DNA of 29,837 bases from Prasinococcaceae sp. CCMP 1430 (lineage: Eukaryota; Plantae; Prasinodermophyta), in NCBI GenBank assembly GCA_013416795.1, contig RQSC01000030.1, positions 355,884 through 385,720 on the forward strand, in the 5' to 3' direction. Made by a program: the position numbers and the translations under genes. Position 1 is the stretch's first letter. The number at the start of each line of letters is the position of its first letter. Under the pieces are notes generated by a model. It was not told the origin of the DNA. It ran no database searches and saw nothing but the letters and a program-made list of their open reading frames with translations. Below, piece after piece: positions 7,379 through 17,663 of this stretch.

Positions 7379-9742
7379 ATGATGCCCTGCGCCGATCGGC
7401 GCCTCGGTCGCGCGGTGACCGCGTGCGCGTGCTCGCTGGCGGCGCTCCTGGCGGTGTCGGCGCTGGCCTCGCGTGGGGTGAGCGCGCAACCGCTCCCCGC
7501 GGGCAACGGCATACAGGCGGTCATCGACACGCAGTGCGGGTCCCTCGCTTTGGGCGACCACAGCTTGGTCTTCTGCAACGGCAAGGAATACGCCGAGGAG
7601 CACGGCCTGGACGCGCAGACGCTCTCGGTGGCCACGCTCAGCACCGCAGGGGACGAGTCCGAGATCGGCGGCGAGATGATCGTCACCGCCCCCGACGGCC
7701 CCACGGCCGAGGAGATGTGCCTGTGGTGCAACCAGGGGCGCGACGATGGCTCCAACCCGACGTCGCACTACCGCCCGACCTGTCGCGACGTCGTGTCGGG
7801 CGATGCGTTCAACGGCGTCGTGATGTGGGTGGACAACAAGCGCCAGCTGTCGTACTTCGCGTCGGTCTTCGGATCGGATATGTCCTACCTGGAGATGAGC
7901 GTGGCGGTGGCCACCGCGCAGGTCTCCGAGGAGGCTGTGCCGCCCGGCTACGTCGTCTCGCCCGTCGGCGCCGACGCGGTGGGGGTCGATCGCGCAGACC
8001 AGCGCGCGGCCGAGCTCGACGGCCAAGTCACCAGCCCAGCCCACGGGGGCGCCGGCGTGGTCATCTTCAACATCGACACGGGCATTGACTGCAGCCATCC
8101 CGAGTTCCTCAACGCCGACGGGACCGCGACGCGCTGCACGCCCGCGTTCGATCGCTTCGCGAACGCCGAGTGCATCAACAACGGCGGTAGCCAGCCGTGC
8201 ACCAGCGCGCTCGAGTACGCGTGCGCGCAGGACGGCGGCGGCGCACAGCAGTGCGCGTTCGACGAGCACAGCCAGGGCCACGGCACGCACACGGCGGCCA
8301 TCGCGGTCGGCCGCACCTTCGGGATGGCCCGCGACGCCGACGTGCGCGCGGTCAAGGTCTTCGACGGCCCCGAGGGCTTCGGCACGCCCCAGGACGTGCT
8401 CACCGGCATGAACTACGTGGCCCAGATGAAGCTGCTCGACCCGACGAAGCCGATGATCGCCGCGATGAGCCTGAGTGGCACCAAGTCGCTCGCGATGGAG
8501 ATGGCCATCGAGCGGCTCGCTCTGTACGGGGTGACGGTGGTTGTGGCTGCCGGCAACAACTTTCAGGCGGACGCCTGCAATTTCTCGCCGTCGTCCTCGC
8601 CGGCGGGCATCACGGTGTCGTCCATCGACGCGTTCACAGATGGCGTGAGCGGCTTCGCGAACGTGGGCCCCTGCGTGGACCTCTTCGCCGTCGGCTCCGT
8701 CGTTGCGTCCGCGCAGCCCGGCGGCGGCACCACGACCCAGTCCGGCACGTCGATGGCCGCGCCCGTCGTCGCGGGCATCGCGGCGCTGTACTACGGCGAG
8801 TTCGTGGCCGCAGGCGCGCCCATCCCCGACCCGGCGCAGGTGAAGGCCGACCTCGTATTGGCGGCCACCGACGGCGCCATCCCCGACCCGCTGGGCTCTC
8901 CCAACAAGATCGCGTACGCCGTCTTCCCGAACACGGGCGTCTCCCTGCCACCGAGCTCCGCCGGTGGGGGCGAGCCACCCGCGCCCACGCCACAGCCCAC
9001 CGCACAGCCACAGCCCGAGCCCACCGCGCCTCCGACGGCGGACGAGTCCTACCCCTGCACGTCACTCGACTGCAACGACAGCACGCCGCACCCGTGGACG
9101 AAAAGCTCGGATGGCAGCATGCAATTCTGCTACTGCGACAACGCCTGCTTCGCGAACCAGGACTGCTGCGGAAACAGGTTGTCCATCTGCGGCCCCGAGG
9201 TCCAAGAGACGACCGGCAGCGAAGTGCCTGCGCTCGGGACGTGCGCGACGCTGCAGGATTGCGGCAAAATATTGACAAAGGAAGGCGGCGAGCAGTGCGG
9301 ATGCGACGCGGCCTGTGTCCACTACAACGACTGCTGCGAGGGCTTCGAGGCGACGTGCGTGGCGGACGCGCCGCCGCCGTCGTGCCAGGCCGTCGGATGC
9401 GACGCGGGCAAGCAGACCTACGGGGCGGGCGGCGGTCTGGAGTGCTACTGCAGCCCGGACTGTGTGCAATACCACGATTGTTGCTCAGGGGAGACCGGGA
9501 CGAACGGGTACAACCAAGTGTGCAGTGGGTGGGGTCAGGAGAGCGTCGGCTCCGCCGGGGTCGACGGCGACCGCGTGGCCGCCGCCGTGTCTCGCGGCGA
9601 CGACTCGGCCTTCGATGCTCAGCCGGAAACAGCGGAGGACGATGACGGCGGCGGCTTCACCTTCGGCTCGCAATACGTGCAGCATCACGAAGTCGACGAC
9701 GACGCCGTCCTGTCCGGCCTCTCAGGCAAGGCCTATCCATGA
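7379..9742 (+). CDS. Secreted subtilisin-like serine protease (S8A, proteinase K-like) with Pro-rich linker and three somatomedin-B-like repeats
   Basis: Signal-like CSLAALLAVSALASRGVSA; I9-like propeptide AFNGVVMW...SYLE; GVDRADQR; triad IDTG (D 8075), HGTHTA (H 8279), GTSMAAP (S 8750); oxyanion AAGN. C-terminal CxC(D/S)xxCxxxxDCC three times at 9056-9523. Confidence 0.93.
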   Translation: MMPCADRRLGRAVTACACSLAALLAVSALASRGVSAQPLPAGNGIQAVIDTQCGSLALGDHSLVFCNGKEYAEEHGLDAQTLSVATLSTAGDESEIGGEMIVTAPDGPTAEEMCLWCNQGRDDGSNPTSHYRPTCRDVVSGDAFNGVVMWVDNKRQLSYFASVFGSDMSYLEMSVAVATAQVSEEAVPPGYVVSPVGADAVGVDRADQRAAELDGQVTSPAHGGAGVVIFNIDTGIDCSHPEFLNADGTATRCTPAFDRFANAECINNGGSQPCTSALEYACAQDGGGAQQCAFDEHSQGHGTHTAAIAVGRTFGMARDADVRAVKVFDGPEGFGTPQDVLTGMNYVAQMKLLDPTKPMIAAMSLSGTKSLAMEMAIERLALYGVTVVVAAGNNFQADACNFSPSSSPAGITVSSIDAFTDGVSGFANVGPCVDLFAVGSVVASAQPGGGTTTQSGTSMAAPVVAGIAALYYGEFVAAGAPIPDPAQVKADLVLAATDGAIPDPLGSPNKIAYAVFPNTGVSLPPSSAGGGEPPAPTPQPTAQPQPEPTAPPTADESYPCTSLDCNDSTPHPWTKSSDGSMQFCYCDNACFANQDCCGNRLSICGPEVQETTGSEVPALGTCATLQDCGKILTKEGGEQCGCDAACVHYNDCCEGFEATCVADAPPPSCQAVGCDAGKQTYGAGGGLECYCSPDCVQYHDCCSGETGTNGYNQVCSGWGQESVGSAGVDGDRVAAAVSRGDDSAFDAQPETAEDDDGGGFTFGSQYVQHHEVDDDAVLSGLSGKAYP

Positions 9743-10022
9743 TGATCACGAGGGGGGGCGGCGACGCCACAAACACGCACAGCGCATTGGTTGCATGCAT
9801 GCGGTGCCGACGGGAGAGTAGGCGGGGCGGGTTCTCACACTTTTTAACAAGCCACATATGCACACGTCGTCTCTTGCTCGCGTGGACGTCCACGAAGCGC
9901 GCTGGCTTCGCCGCGCCCCCCACGCGCGTCCAGTGCGTCGTGCAGATTGCAGTCTTACTTTTTCAACAGATGGTACAGAATTGCTTGTGTACAGTCGCCA
10001 TCGCGCGCACGTCGGGGTTGGC

Positions 10023-11102
10023 TCAGCTCGATTCGTCCTCGGCATGCAGCCACTCGCGCAGGTCGAGCAGCTTGTTGGCGCTTGGGCGCACTCTTCGCCC
10101 GATCGCCGCCGCCGCCTCCCGCTCCTGCGCCTCGAGCTCCGCCGCATGCGCGAGTGCGTCGCCAAGGCCCACGCTCTCCACGCTTGGGGTGCCAAGCGCG
10201 CGCCCGACGGCGTCCACGAGCGCGTCGCACACGTCGGCGCGCGACACGCCAGGCGGCAGCTCCTGGCGGAGCTTGCACACGAAGTCGGAATGCGCGCGGC
10301 CGCGGCGCCACTCGGGCTGTTTCGGGGGCTGTCTAAGCATACCCATGGTGTGATCGTCGTAGTCCCAAAGCAGCGAGGTGTGGTGCACCCACCTCCCGCG
10401 CGAGATGTACTGCGCGTTGCCGCCGAACTTGCGCCCGCCGAGCGCGAAGTCGTTCTCGCGGAGCGCGAACCCCTCGAATGGCGCGTGCAGGCGCTCCTTG
10501 GCGCCGCCGAGCTCGGACGCGGTGGGCGTGCCGAGTGTCGACAGCGCGTCCCCTGAGGAGCGATGCGGCCCGCGCGAACGCGCGGTCAGCACGCGCGTGC
10601 AGGGCAAGGGCAAGGGCGGGTCGTAGCGACGGCGCCTCGCAGACGCGCGCTACTCACCGTACACACCGCCCATGAAGCGCATGATGGGATCCGGATAGGG
10701 CTGGACGAGCGCATCCTTGACGCCACCGGCCACCACTGCCGAGACCATGATCGTGTTCTCATCCGCGACGATGGTACCGCCGCCCGTGAAGCGCCGCACG
10801 GCGCCGACGCCCGCATCGACGCACCGCTGGACGTCGAGCAGCTCCTGCACCCTACCCGAGACGCCCAGCACCGCCACGGGGCGCGGCTCCGTCCAGTCAC
10901 GCTCGCCCGCGCCGCCTCCAGCTCCGCCCGCGCCACCCACGCCGTCGTTGACGACCAGCCAGCTGCCGGCCCCGTGCCTGAGCAGCGTCTCCTCAAGCCG
11001 CAGCTGCGCGAGCACGGTCGCGCCGGCCGCGCGCACGACGCGCAGCGGAAGCGCGGCAGCCGCCCGGCACAGCGCGCACGCCGCTGCCGCCGCGGCGGCC
11101 AT
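10023..11102 (-). CDS. Lipoate-protein ligase A-like (BPL/LplA/LipB family); exons 10658-11102 and 10023-10552
   Basis: QLRLEETLLR, VRRFTGGGTIVADEN, ENDFALGGRKFGGNAQ, VHHTSLLWDY, PEWRRGRAHSDFV. Intron 10553-10657 has G|GTGAGT, gctgac and ctcag|, phase 1, and joins the two ORF-track ORFs. Confidence 0.9.
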
Positions 11103-11388
11103 CGCGATCGGGCACGGCGCACGCGCGCGGGATGGGGGTGGGGGGTGGGTAGATGAGAAGGAGACGTCCCCGGCCGCCGGGGCGCCGGGGGGCGCCCCGG
11201 GCACAGGGTGTTTCTCGGAGAGAGTGGTGCGTCGAGTGGCACGCACCATCGGCGTCTCCCTCTACCACCCCTCTCGCAACACGCGAGTGTTCGATTTTTC
11301 CATCATCCACCCGTGTGCACGCCACAGCCCACCCGCGCGTCACACGGCGCACGGAAACCAGCACGCGGCCGGGCCGCCACCGCGCGAT

Positions 11389-12131
11389 ATGGGCGCGCAT
11401 CGGGCGCTGCTGCTGCTGCTGGCGTGCGCGGCGCTGGCGTCGGTCGCGCCGTGCGGCGAGGTCGGCGGGTGCGCAGTGTTCGCGGGCGACGAGGCGGCGG
11501 AGGCGTGCGCGGGCATGATGTTGAAGTGGCCTTCGGGCACGTCGGCCTCGCGCGCTCGGCGGTGGCGCAGCGGCGCGGCGCCGCAGCGGCAGACAGAATT
11601 GCAAGCGCGTGCACGCTCGCGATGGACCCGCTGGCAGTCGTGGCGCCCCGCCGGGTGGCACACGCGCGGCGACGTGCGGCGGAGGCGCTGCTGGGGCGCG
11701 CTCACAGCGGCGGCGCCGAGGGCATGCTGCGCCGTGCGTGGGCGCGCGTGACGGCTCCGCGCTCGGCGTCGGCGGACCACGTTCGCCGATTCTTCCTGCC
11801 GCTCGCGGCGGCACTCGCCTCCATCGGTGCATGGGCCGTGCTCGTCGGTACAGTGTGCCAGCGGCCCAAGCTCGCTGCTGATGGCGCCCTCAACCTCCTC
11901 TTTCCCGGCGTTTTGAATGTCACGCTGGCGTGCTACACGACGTGCGATGCCGCGGCGCCCACGGTGCCATGGCTCGGCGCGGCGCTGCTGACGCTGTACT
12001 TGAGTTCGGCCCACGGCGCGCTCGGCAGTCAGCTGCTCATTCTGCTGGCGTCGACGGTGGCGCTAGGCGCGGCTCTCAATCAGCACGGCGCGGGGGAGGA
12101 GCACGGCGTATACAATGGTCTTCGGTGGTGA
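11389..12131 (+). CDS. Hypothetical membrane protein (possible signal exon 11389-11460, intron 11461-11570, exon 11571-12131; alternative start ATG 11622)
   Basis: MGAHRALLLLLACAALASVAPCGE is signal-like. The downstream frame has about four hydrophobic segments. A phase-0 GT...CAG join is possible but there is no clear branch point. Confidence 0.5.
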
Positions 12132-12285
12132 GTCCCCACCACCACCAGTCGGCCCTTACACAACATCCGGAGTCGTGCGCGGCGATGGCGAGCGCACGCG
12201 CAGTAAATGCGCCCAGCTGGGCGCCCGCCCGACCGGCGGCTTCGGCCCGTGCGGAGCGCGCTCACACACAAGCGCACGCCGGCCA

Positions 12286-14697
12286 TCACTGCGCCATGTC
12301 CTCCACGTCGCCCTCCTCGTTCTCGTCGTCCTCGTCCTCGTCCTCCTCCAGATCGAGCACGAGGACGCGCTGCTGGTCCATGGTGGCGAGCGCCATGCCT
12401 CGCGCGCCGACCGCCAGCGGCCCACACGACGCAAAGCCCGAGCCGCAAACCCGCCGGCGCACGAGCATGCCCGCTTCCTCAGCGTCCTGAGGGGCGAGGG
12501 TGGTCCACATGTCGATGACGGGGTCGTCGTCCGCCGCCGACACCGGAGAGAAGTCGAGGAGCTCGACGCCGCGCGCGGCAGCGAACTCGGTGGTGGTGGC
12601 TTCGCCCACGGTGCCAGCACCGCCCGTCGGCGCGCACTGGGCGAGCGCCACGACCTCTCCCTCAGCAGCCATTGCCAGCGCGGCGACGCGCGGCTCAGAG
12701 CCTGGCGCCGTCACTATGGCGACGTTAAGGCCGCTCGGCGCATAGGCGATGTCGGGCGGGGTCGCGCGCAACACACCAATCTGCGCCCCGCTGGCACCCG
12801 CGAATGCGCAGTGCACCGGCGCGCCAGCCGAGGGCGCGCGCTCGCACGATACCACTGGTCGCAGCTCGACGGTGTCGTCGCTGCCGACCGCGCGCGCGGA
12901 TGCGCCCTCCCCCACGAGGCGCACAACCGCCTCCACCTGTAGTGTGGGCGACACCGCGCGCTGCGCGCCCGCGAACGTCGCCGATACCGCGTCGAGCGCC
13001 TCCTCGATGGCCGCGCTCAGCGTCTGTGCTTGCGCCGCGCCTCCGACGGGCGCGGTGCTCGTCGTGGCGGGCGAGCCGGCGGGCGAAGCGTCGCCGAGGA
13101 AGTCGAACGTGTGGTCCTCGTCTGCGGCGGCAGCGGCGGCTGCCTCGCCGCCCGAATCGCAACCCAGCGCCGCCGCCACGCGATCGGTGCCCACGCGCTG
13201 GCGCAGAAAGTCCGTGGCCGCCACTGCGTCGTATCGCACAGGGGGCGCGCCACCGCCGCCACCTGCGCCCGCGCGAGCGCCGCGCCCATCGCCGCCACCG
13301 TCCGCATCGAGCGCCCTGGCGGCGCGCCCGATACCTGCGAGGAGGTTCTGGTAGCCCGCGCCATCCGACGCTGCCTGTGAGCGCACGCGCTCCGCGCGCA
13401 AAAGCAAGGCCTTTGCGGCGCCGAGCGCGCGCTCAACGGCGGGCGCCTCGATACCCAGCGGGCCAAGCTGCGCAGTGCACCGAGCGAGGCCGAGCAGCTC
13501 GCCCAGGCGGAACACCAGCTCCTCGGCGGCGGGCACCACGTGGTCGGCCAGCAGCGACTGCGAGCTGTCGCCGGCGGTGACGGCGTCCCGGCCCATGCGG
13601 CGCGCGCCCGCCTCGGTGGCGGTGTTTGCCAGCCACTGCTGCAGCGCCGAGCCCGCCGTACCCGACGTAAGGAGAGGTACGAGCACCTCGGCCGACGACC
13701 GCGGCGGCTCGCCATAGTCGCGGCAGAGCTTGGCCAGCGCGGCGAGCGCGCCGGCGAAAGGCGCGCGTGCCTCATCCCACGCGCGGCGCGCAGCAGCCGT
13801 GCCCTCGCGGGCGGCCTTCAGCAGCGAGCGCATGGCGGCAGCCTGGTGCGCAAGCGCGCGCAGTTCGTTGCGCCGCACGAAGAGCAGCGGCGCTCGTACG
13901 ACCACGGCGCTCAACTGGCGCTCCCGCTCGCCGTGGCGTGCGGCCAGTAGCAGCCAGTCGAGCTGCGGCCCCAGCGTAGCGGCGACTGCGCGAGCGCCCG
14001 CACCCACACATGCGTTGCCGCCCAATTCGAGAACCCCGATCACCAGCGCGCCCGCCGCGGAGAGTACCACCCTGCCGCTCGCGTCGCCACTCACGAGCAT
14101 GCTCAGCCTAGCCGGCGCCTCCAGGCGCGTCCCCAGCAACGGCTGCGGCTGCGAGCCCCCACCACCTGCGCCGCCTGCGGCTGCGTCGAACGCCGCAGCC
14201 GCCTCGGCGCTGCCCGGCGGCGGAGGCGGCGCGAGCAGCGGCGGAAAGAAGCGCGGCGCGCGATCCTCGTAGTTCCACCCTCTTCCGCCCCCACGACCCT
14301 CGCAATCATCGTCCGACGAGTCCGCTGGCTCGTGCGCGCCCCCGGCCGCCCCGTCGGGCTGCTCGCCCCAGTGCAGCGCGATGACCGCCGCGGCGTGCGG
14401 CGCCCCGCCTTCGAGCAGCCTGGCACGCTCCGCCCCGGTCTCCGCGTCGATGACCCCCACAGCGCCGTCATCGAATCCGACCGCCGCGCTCCGCCCGTCG
14501 GGCGCCCACGCGACCGCCGTCGGCCGCCGCTCGGGCGTGAGCGCCCAGAGCTTCGCCCAGTGCTCGGGCGCGGCTCGGTATGCTGCGAGGCTCCCGTCTG
14601 CGGCCGCCGCGAGCAGCAGGTCCATCGTCGGGCACCACTCGGCGAACAGCACGTCCGAGGGGAGCGACTTGTCGTGGTGCACCACGAACGCCCCCAT
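12286..14697 (-). CDS. APC4: Anaphase-promoting complex subunit 4
   Basis: N-terminus MGAFVVHHDKSLPSDVLFAEWCPTMDLLL...W...AVAWAPDGRSAAVGFDDGAV (APC4 WD40-like), LLFVRRNELRALA, ELVFRLGELLGLAR, acidic tail. About 803 aa, single exon. Confidence 0.88.
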   Translation of the reverse strand: MGAFVVHHDKSLPSDVLFAEWCPTMDLLLAAAADGSLAAYRAAPEHWAKLWALTPERRPTAVAWAPDGRSAAVGFDDGAVGVIDAETGAERARLLEGGAPHAAAVIALHWGEQPDGAAGGAHEPADSSDDDCEGRGGGRGWNYEDRAPRFFPPLLAPPPPPGSAEAAAAFDAAAGGAGGGGSQPQPLLGTRLEAPARLSMLVSGDASGRVVLSAAGALVIGVLELGGNACVGAGARAVAATLGPQLDWLLLAARHGERERQLSAVVVRAPLLFVRRNELRALAHQAAAMRSLLKAAREGTAAARRAWDEARAPFAGALAALAKLCRDYGEPPRSSAEVLVPLLTSGTAGSALQQWLANTATEAGARRMGRDAVTAGDSSQSLLADHVVPAAEELVFRLGELLGLARCTAQLGPLGIEAPAVERALGAAKALLLRAERVRSQAASDGAGYQNLLAGIGRAARALDADGGGDGRGARAGAGGGGGAPPVRYDAVAATDFLRQRVGTDRVAAALGCDSGGEAAAAAAADEDHTFDFLGDASPAGSPATTSTAPVGGAAQAQTLSAAIEEALDAVSATFAGAQRAVSPTLQVEAVVRLVGEGASARAVGSDDTVELRPVVSCERAPSAGAPVHCAFAGASGAQIGVLRATPPDIAYAPSGLNVAIVTAPGSEPRVAALAMAAEGEVVALAQCAPTGGAGTVGEATTTEFAAARGVELLDFSPVSAADDDPVIDMWTTLAPQDAEEAGMLVRRRVCGSGFASCGPLAVGARGMALATMDQQRVLVLDLEEDEDEDDENEEGDVEDMAQ

Positions 14698-15081
14698 CGC
14701 CGCCGCCCCGGGGCAGGCGGCGCCCGTCCCTCCCTCGCCCTCTCCCTGCCGCCTCCGCCCGCCGCCGTGGGGCCGCGCCGCCGCGCGGCGCTCTGCCGCG
14801 CGGTCGCAGGCGCACCCATCGCATTCGAACCCGGCCGCACATCGATTCGCACGCAGCCATCCAGCGCTTTCCAAATGGCTCGCACATACTTTCCAAATGT
14901 CCTAAAAACCGGTATGCGCGCAATGACTTGTCAGTGCATTGCATTCTTCGGCCGCGCCCGGCATTCTTCGTCTTCGGCCGTGCGCGCACCGGCCACACGC
15001 CGGTGACCGCCCGCACACGGCGCGCGGCCAGCGGCGCAGGGCGCGTGCGCAGCCCCCGCAGACGCACACACATGCGCAGCA

Positions 15082-15181
15082 NNNNNNNNNNNNNNNNNNN
15101 NNNNNNNNNNNNNNNNNNNNNNNNNNNNNNNNNNNNNNNNNNNNNNNNNNNNNNNNNNNNNNNNNNNNNNNNNNNNNNNNN
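15082..15181. other. Assembly gap (100 N, probably of unknown size)
   Basis: Run of 100 n. Confidence 0.99.
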
Positions 15182-15256
15182 GGACGGCCGGCGGCAGCGG
15201 CGACGGCAGCGGCGGCGGCGGCGCATGGCGAGGAGCGGCCGCGGCGGTCGCGCCGC

Positions 15257-16346
<1,090 letters not shown>

Positions 16347-16347
16347 N

Positions 16348-16870
16348 ATCCAGCATAGTCTGCATAGGCGTCTGAAAGTTCAAGAAGAAAGTCCAACCAG
16401 GTTCCAATCCCCACACCAAGACCAAAAAGAAAAAGACCAACACAGAGAATATACTGGGTTTTCCAAAAGTCTGGACTAAACTGGTAGGGAGTATTGAGGT
16501 ACCAGTCCTCCATAAGAGAGTCGACCAGTGGGTGAATACAATGGTAGACACAAAGGGTCCAGAGAAGGAAAACAAAGAAAGTCCCGCATACAAGACTCCC
16601 TTGGGTTGAAAGATCAAAGGAAGAAGAAAGGGTTTGAAGACTTGTACTCTCTCGAAGACTTTCCAACCCAAAAAGAAGAGGGTTCAAAGAGGATTGAAGA
16701 ACATTCGGAAGGGTCGCCCATCCAGTACTGAGAAAAAGAGGTGCCAATCCACCGTAAAGAAAGGGAAGAAGAAGAATCACTCCCGAAATACGCATGGAAA
16801 TTGAAAGAACAGACCCACGTTGGGGACTGTACACAGTAAGGTGAGGAGACAAAGGTCGTTGAAGCTTCAT
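16348..16870 (-). CDS. sdh3: Mitochondrial-type succinate dehydrogenase cytochrome b subunit (SdhC), 174 codons, no stop before the N
   Basis: MKLQRPLSPHLTVY...SISMRISG matches the SdhC RPLSPHLxxY / SIxHRISG signature. Three hydrophobic segments, with His in TM2 (VYHCIH). Confidence 0.85.
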
Positions 16871-16928
16871 ACAAAGAAAAAACGAAAAAAGGCTGACCGC
16901 CTATAGGGAAAGAAAGGGTCTTCTGGGT

Positions 16929-17001
16929 TCAGAGTGACAGGACTCGAACCTGCGACCACTCGGTCCCAAACCGAGCACGCTACCAACTGCGCCACACTCT
17001 G
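16929..17001 (-). tRNA. trnP: tRNA-Pro(UGG)
   Basis: Reverse complement CAGAGTG TG GCGC AGTTGGTA GCGT G CTCGG TTTGGGA CCGAG TGGTC GCAGG TTCGAGT CCTGT CACTCTG A forms a complete cloverleaf. Confidence 0.95.
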
Positions 17002-17039
17002 AAAACACATTGGTTTCCCAAGAAGGAGGTAAGACATTC

Positions 17040-17111
17040 GCGGGCATAGATCAAGGGCTAGATTATCAGCCTTCCAAGCTGAAGATATGGGTTCGAATCC
17101 CATTGCCCGTA
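17040..17111 (+). tRNA. trnG: tRNA-Gly(UCC)
   Basis: GCGGGCA TA GATC AAGGGCTA GATT A TCAGC CTTCCAA GCTGA AGAT ATGGG TTCGAAT CCCAT TGCCCGT A. Confidence 0.95.
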
Positions 17112-17198
17112 GACTCCTTTCATTTTCACACCCACTCTTCTTTCTTTTTGAGTTTCTTTAAACACTCAAAAAAGGTCAAAAACTGAAGAAAAAACCTT

Positions 17199-17284
17199 GC
17201 TTTCCTGGTGGAATTGGTAGACACGGTAGATTCAAACTCTGCTCCCAAGTCTTTGGGGTATCGGTTCGACTCCGATGGGAAGCA
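17199..17284 (+). tRNA. trnL: tRNA-Leu(CAA) with long variable arm
   Basis: GCTTTCC TG GTG GAATTGGTAGA CAC G GTAGA TTCAAAC TCTGC, variable arm CCCAAGTCTTTGGGG, ATCGG TTCGACT CCGAT GGGAAGC A. Confidence 0.93.
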
Positions 17285-17378
17285 CTTCTCTCTCAAAAAT
17301 CCTTCGATTCTTTTTTCTTGAAACCGAGTCAAAAGACTCTTTTTTTCTTTCTTTGGATCTTTACATTTTTTTTCTTCT

Positions 17379-17663
17379 ATGACTCTTCCTTACCCTCGTT
17401 TGCGAACCCTTCGATCTCGATCTGCTCCTGTCTTCCACACAAAAAAGCTTTCTGCAAAACTTGCACGGTTGGTTGAAAGTAAGCGTCTCGGTCGCCCACA
17501 ACCATCCTTTCGAAAGCTCTCTTGGTATAAAGAGCGACTTCAAGCACGTCAAAATGTTCGAGCCTTTTACGGGTGGATGCCAGCAACCTCTCTTGGTCGA
17601 TTGATGAAAAAGGCCCGAGCACATCGACCAACCGCAGGGCCTACCTTTCTTCAAAGTCTTGAA
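17379..17663 (+). pseudogene. rps4: Mitochondrial-type ribosomal protein S4, first ~95 codons only, continuing in frame into MAPKK
   Basis: RKLSWYKERLQARQNVRAFYGWMPATSLGRLMKKA...FLQSLE matches the S4 N-domain (KLSxYxxRLxEKQKxRxxYG...FLxxLExRLD). It breaks exactly before the RLD S4 RNA-binding motif. Codon usage is AT-rich. Confidence 0.85.

Larger units (their letters stand above)
16348..17663. other. Mitochondrial-DNA-derived segment (NUMT or misassembled mtDNA)
   Basis: Abrupt drop to much lower GC with T/A tracts. Carries sdh3, three tRNAs without encoded CCA, and 5' rps4. The left edge is a single N and the right edge is a gapless switch back to GC-rich sequence at about 17664. Confidence 0.93.

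Noticed and set aside
16867-17103. ORF MGFEPISSAWKADNLALD...
   Set aside because: It is a translation of trnG and trnP sequence, a classic spurious ORF.
16348-17663. Plastid or bacterial origin for the AT-rich insert
   Set aside because: sdh3 is not plastid-encoded, rps4 is of mitochondrial type, the tRNAs lack encoded CCA, and the spacers are organelle-like T/A tracts.
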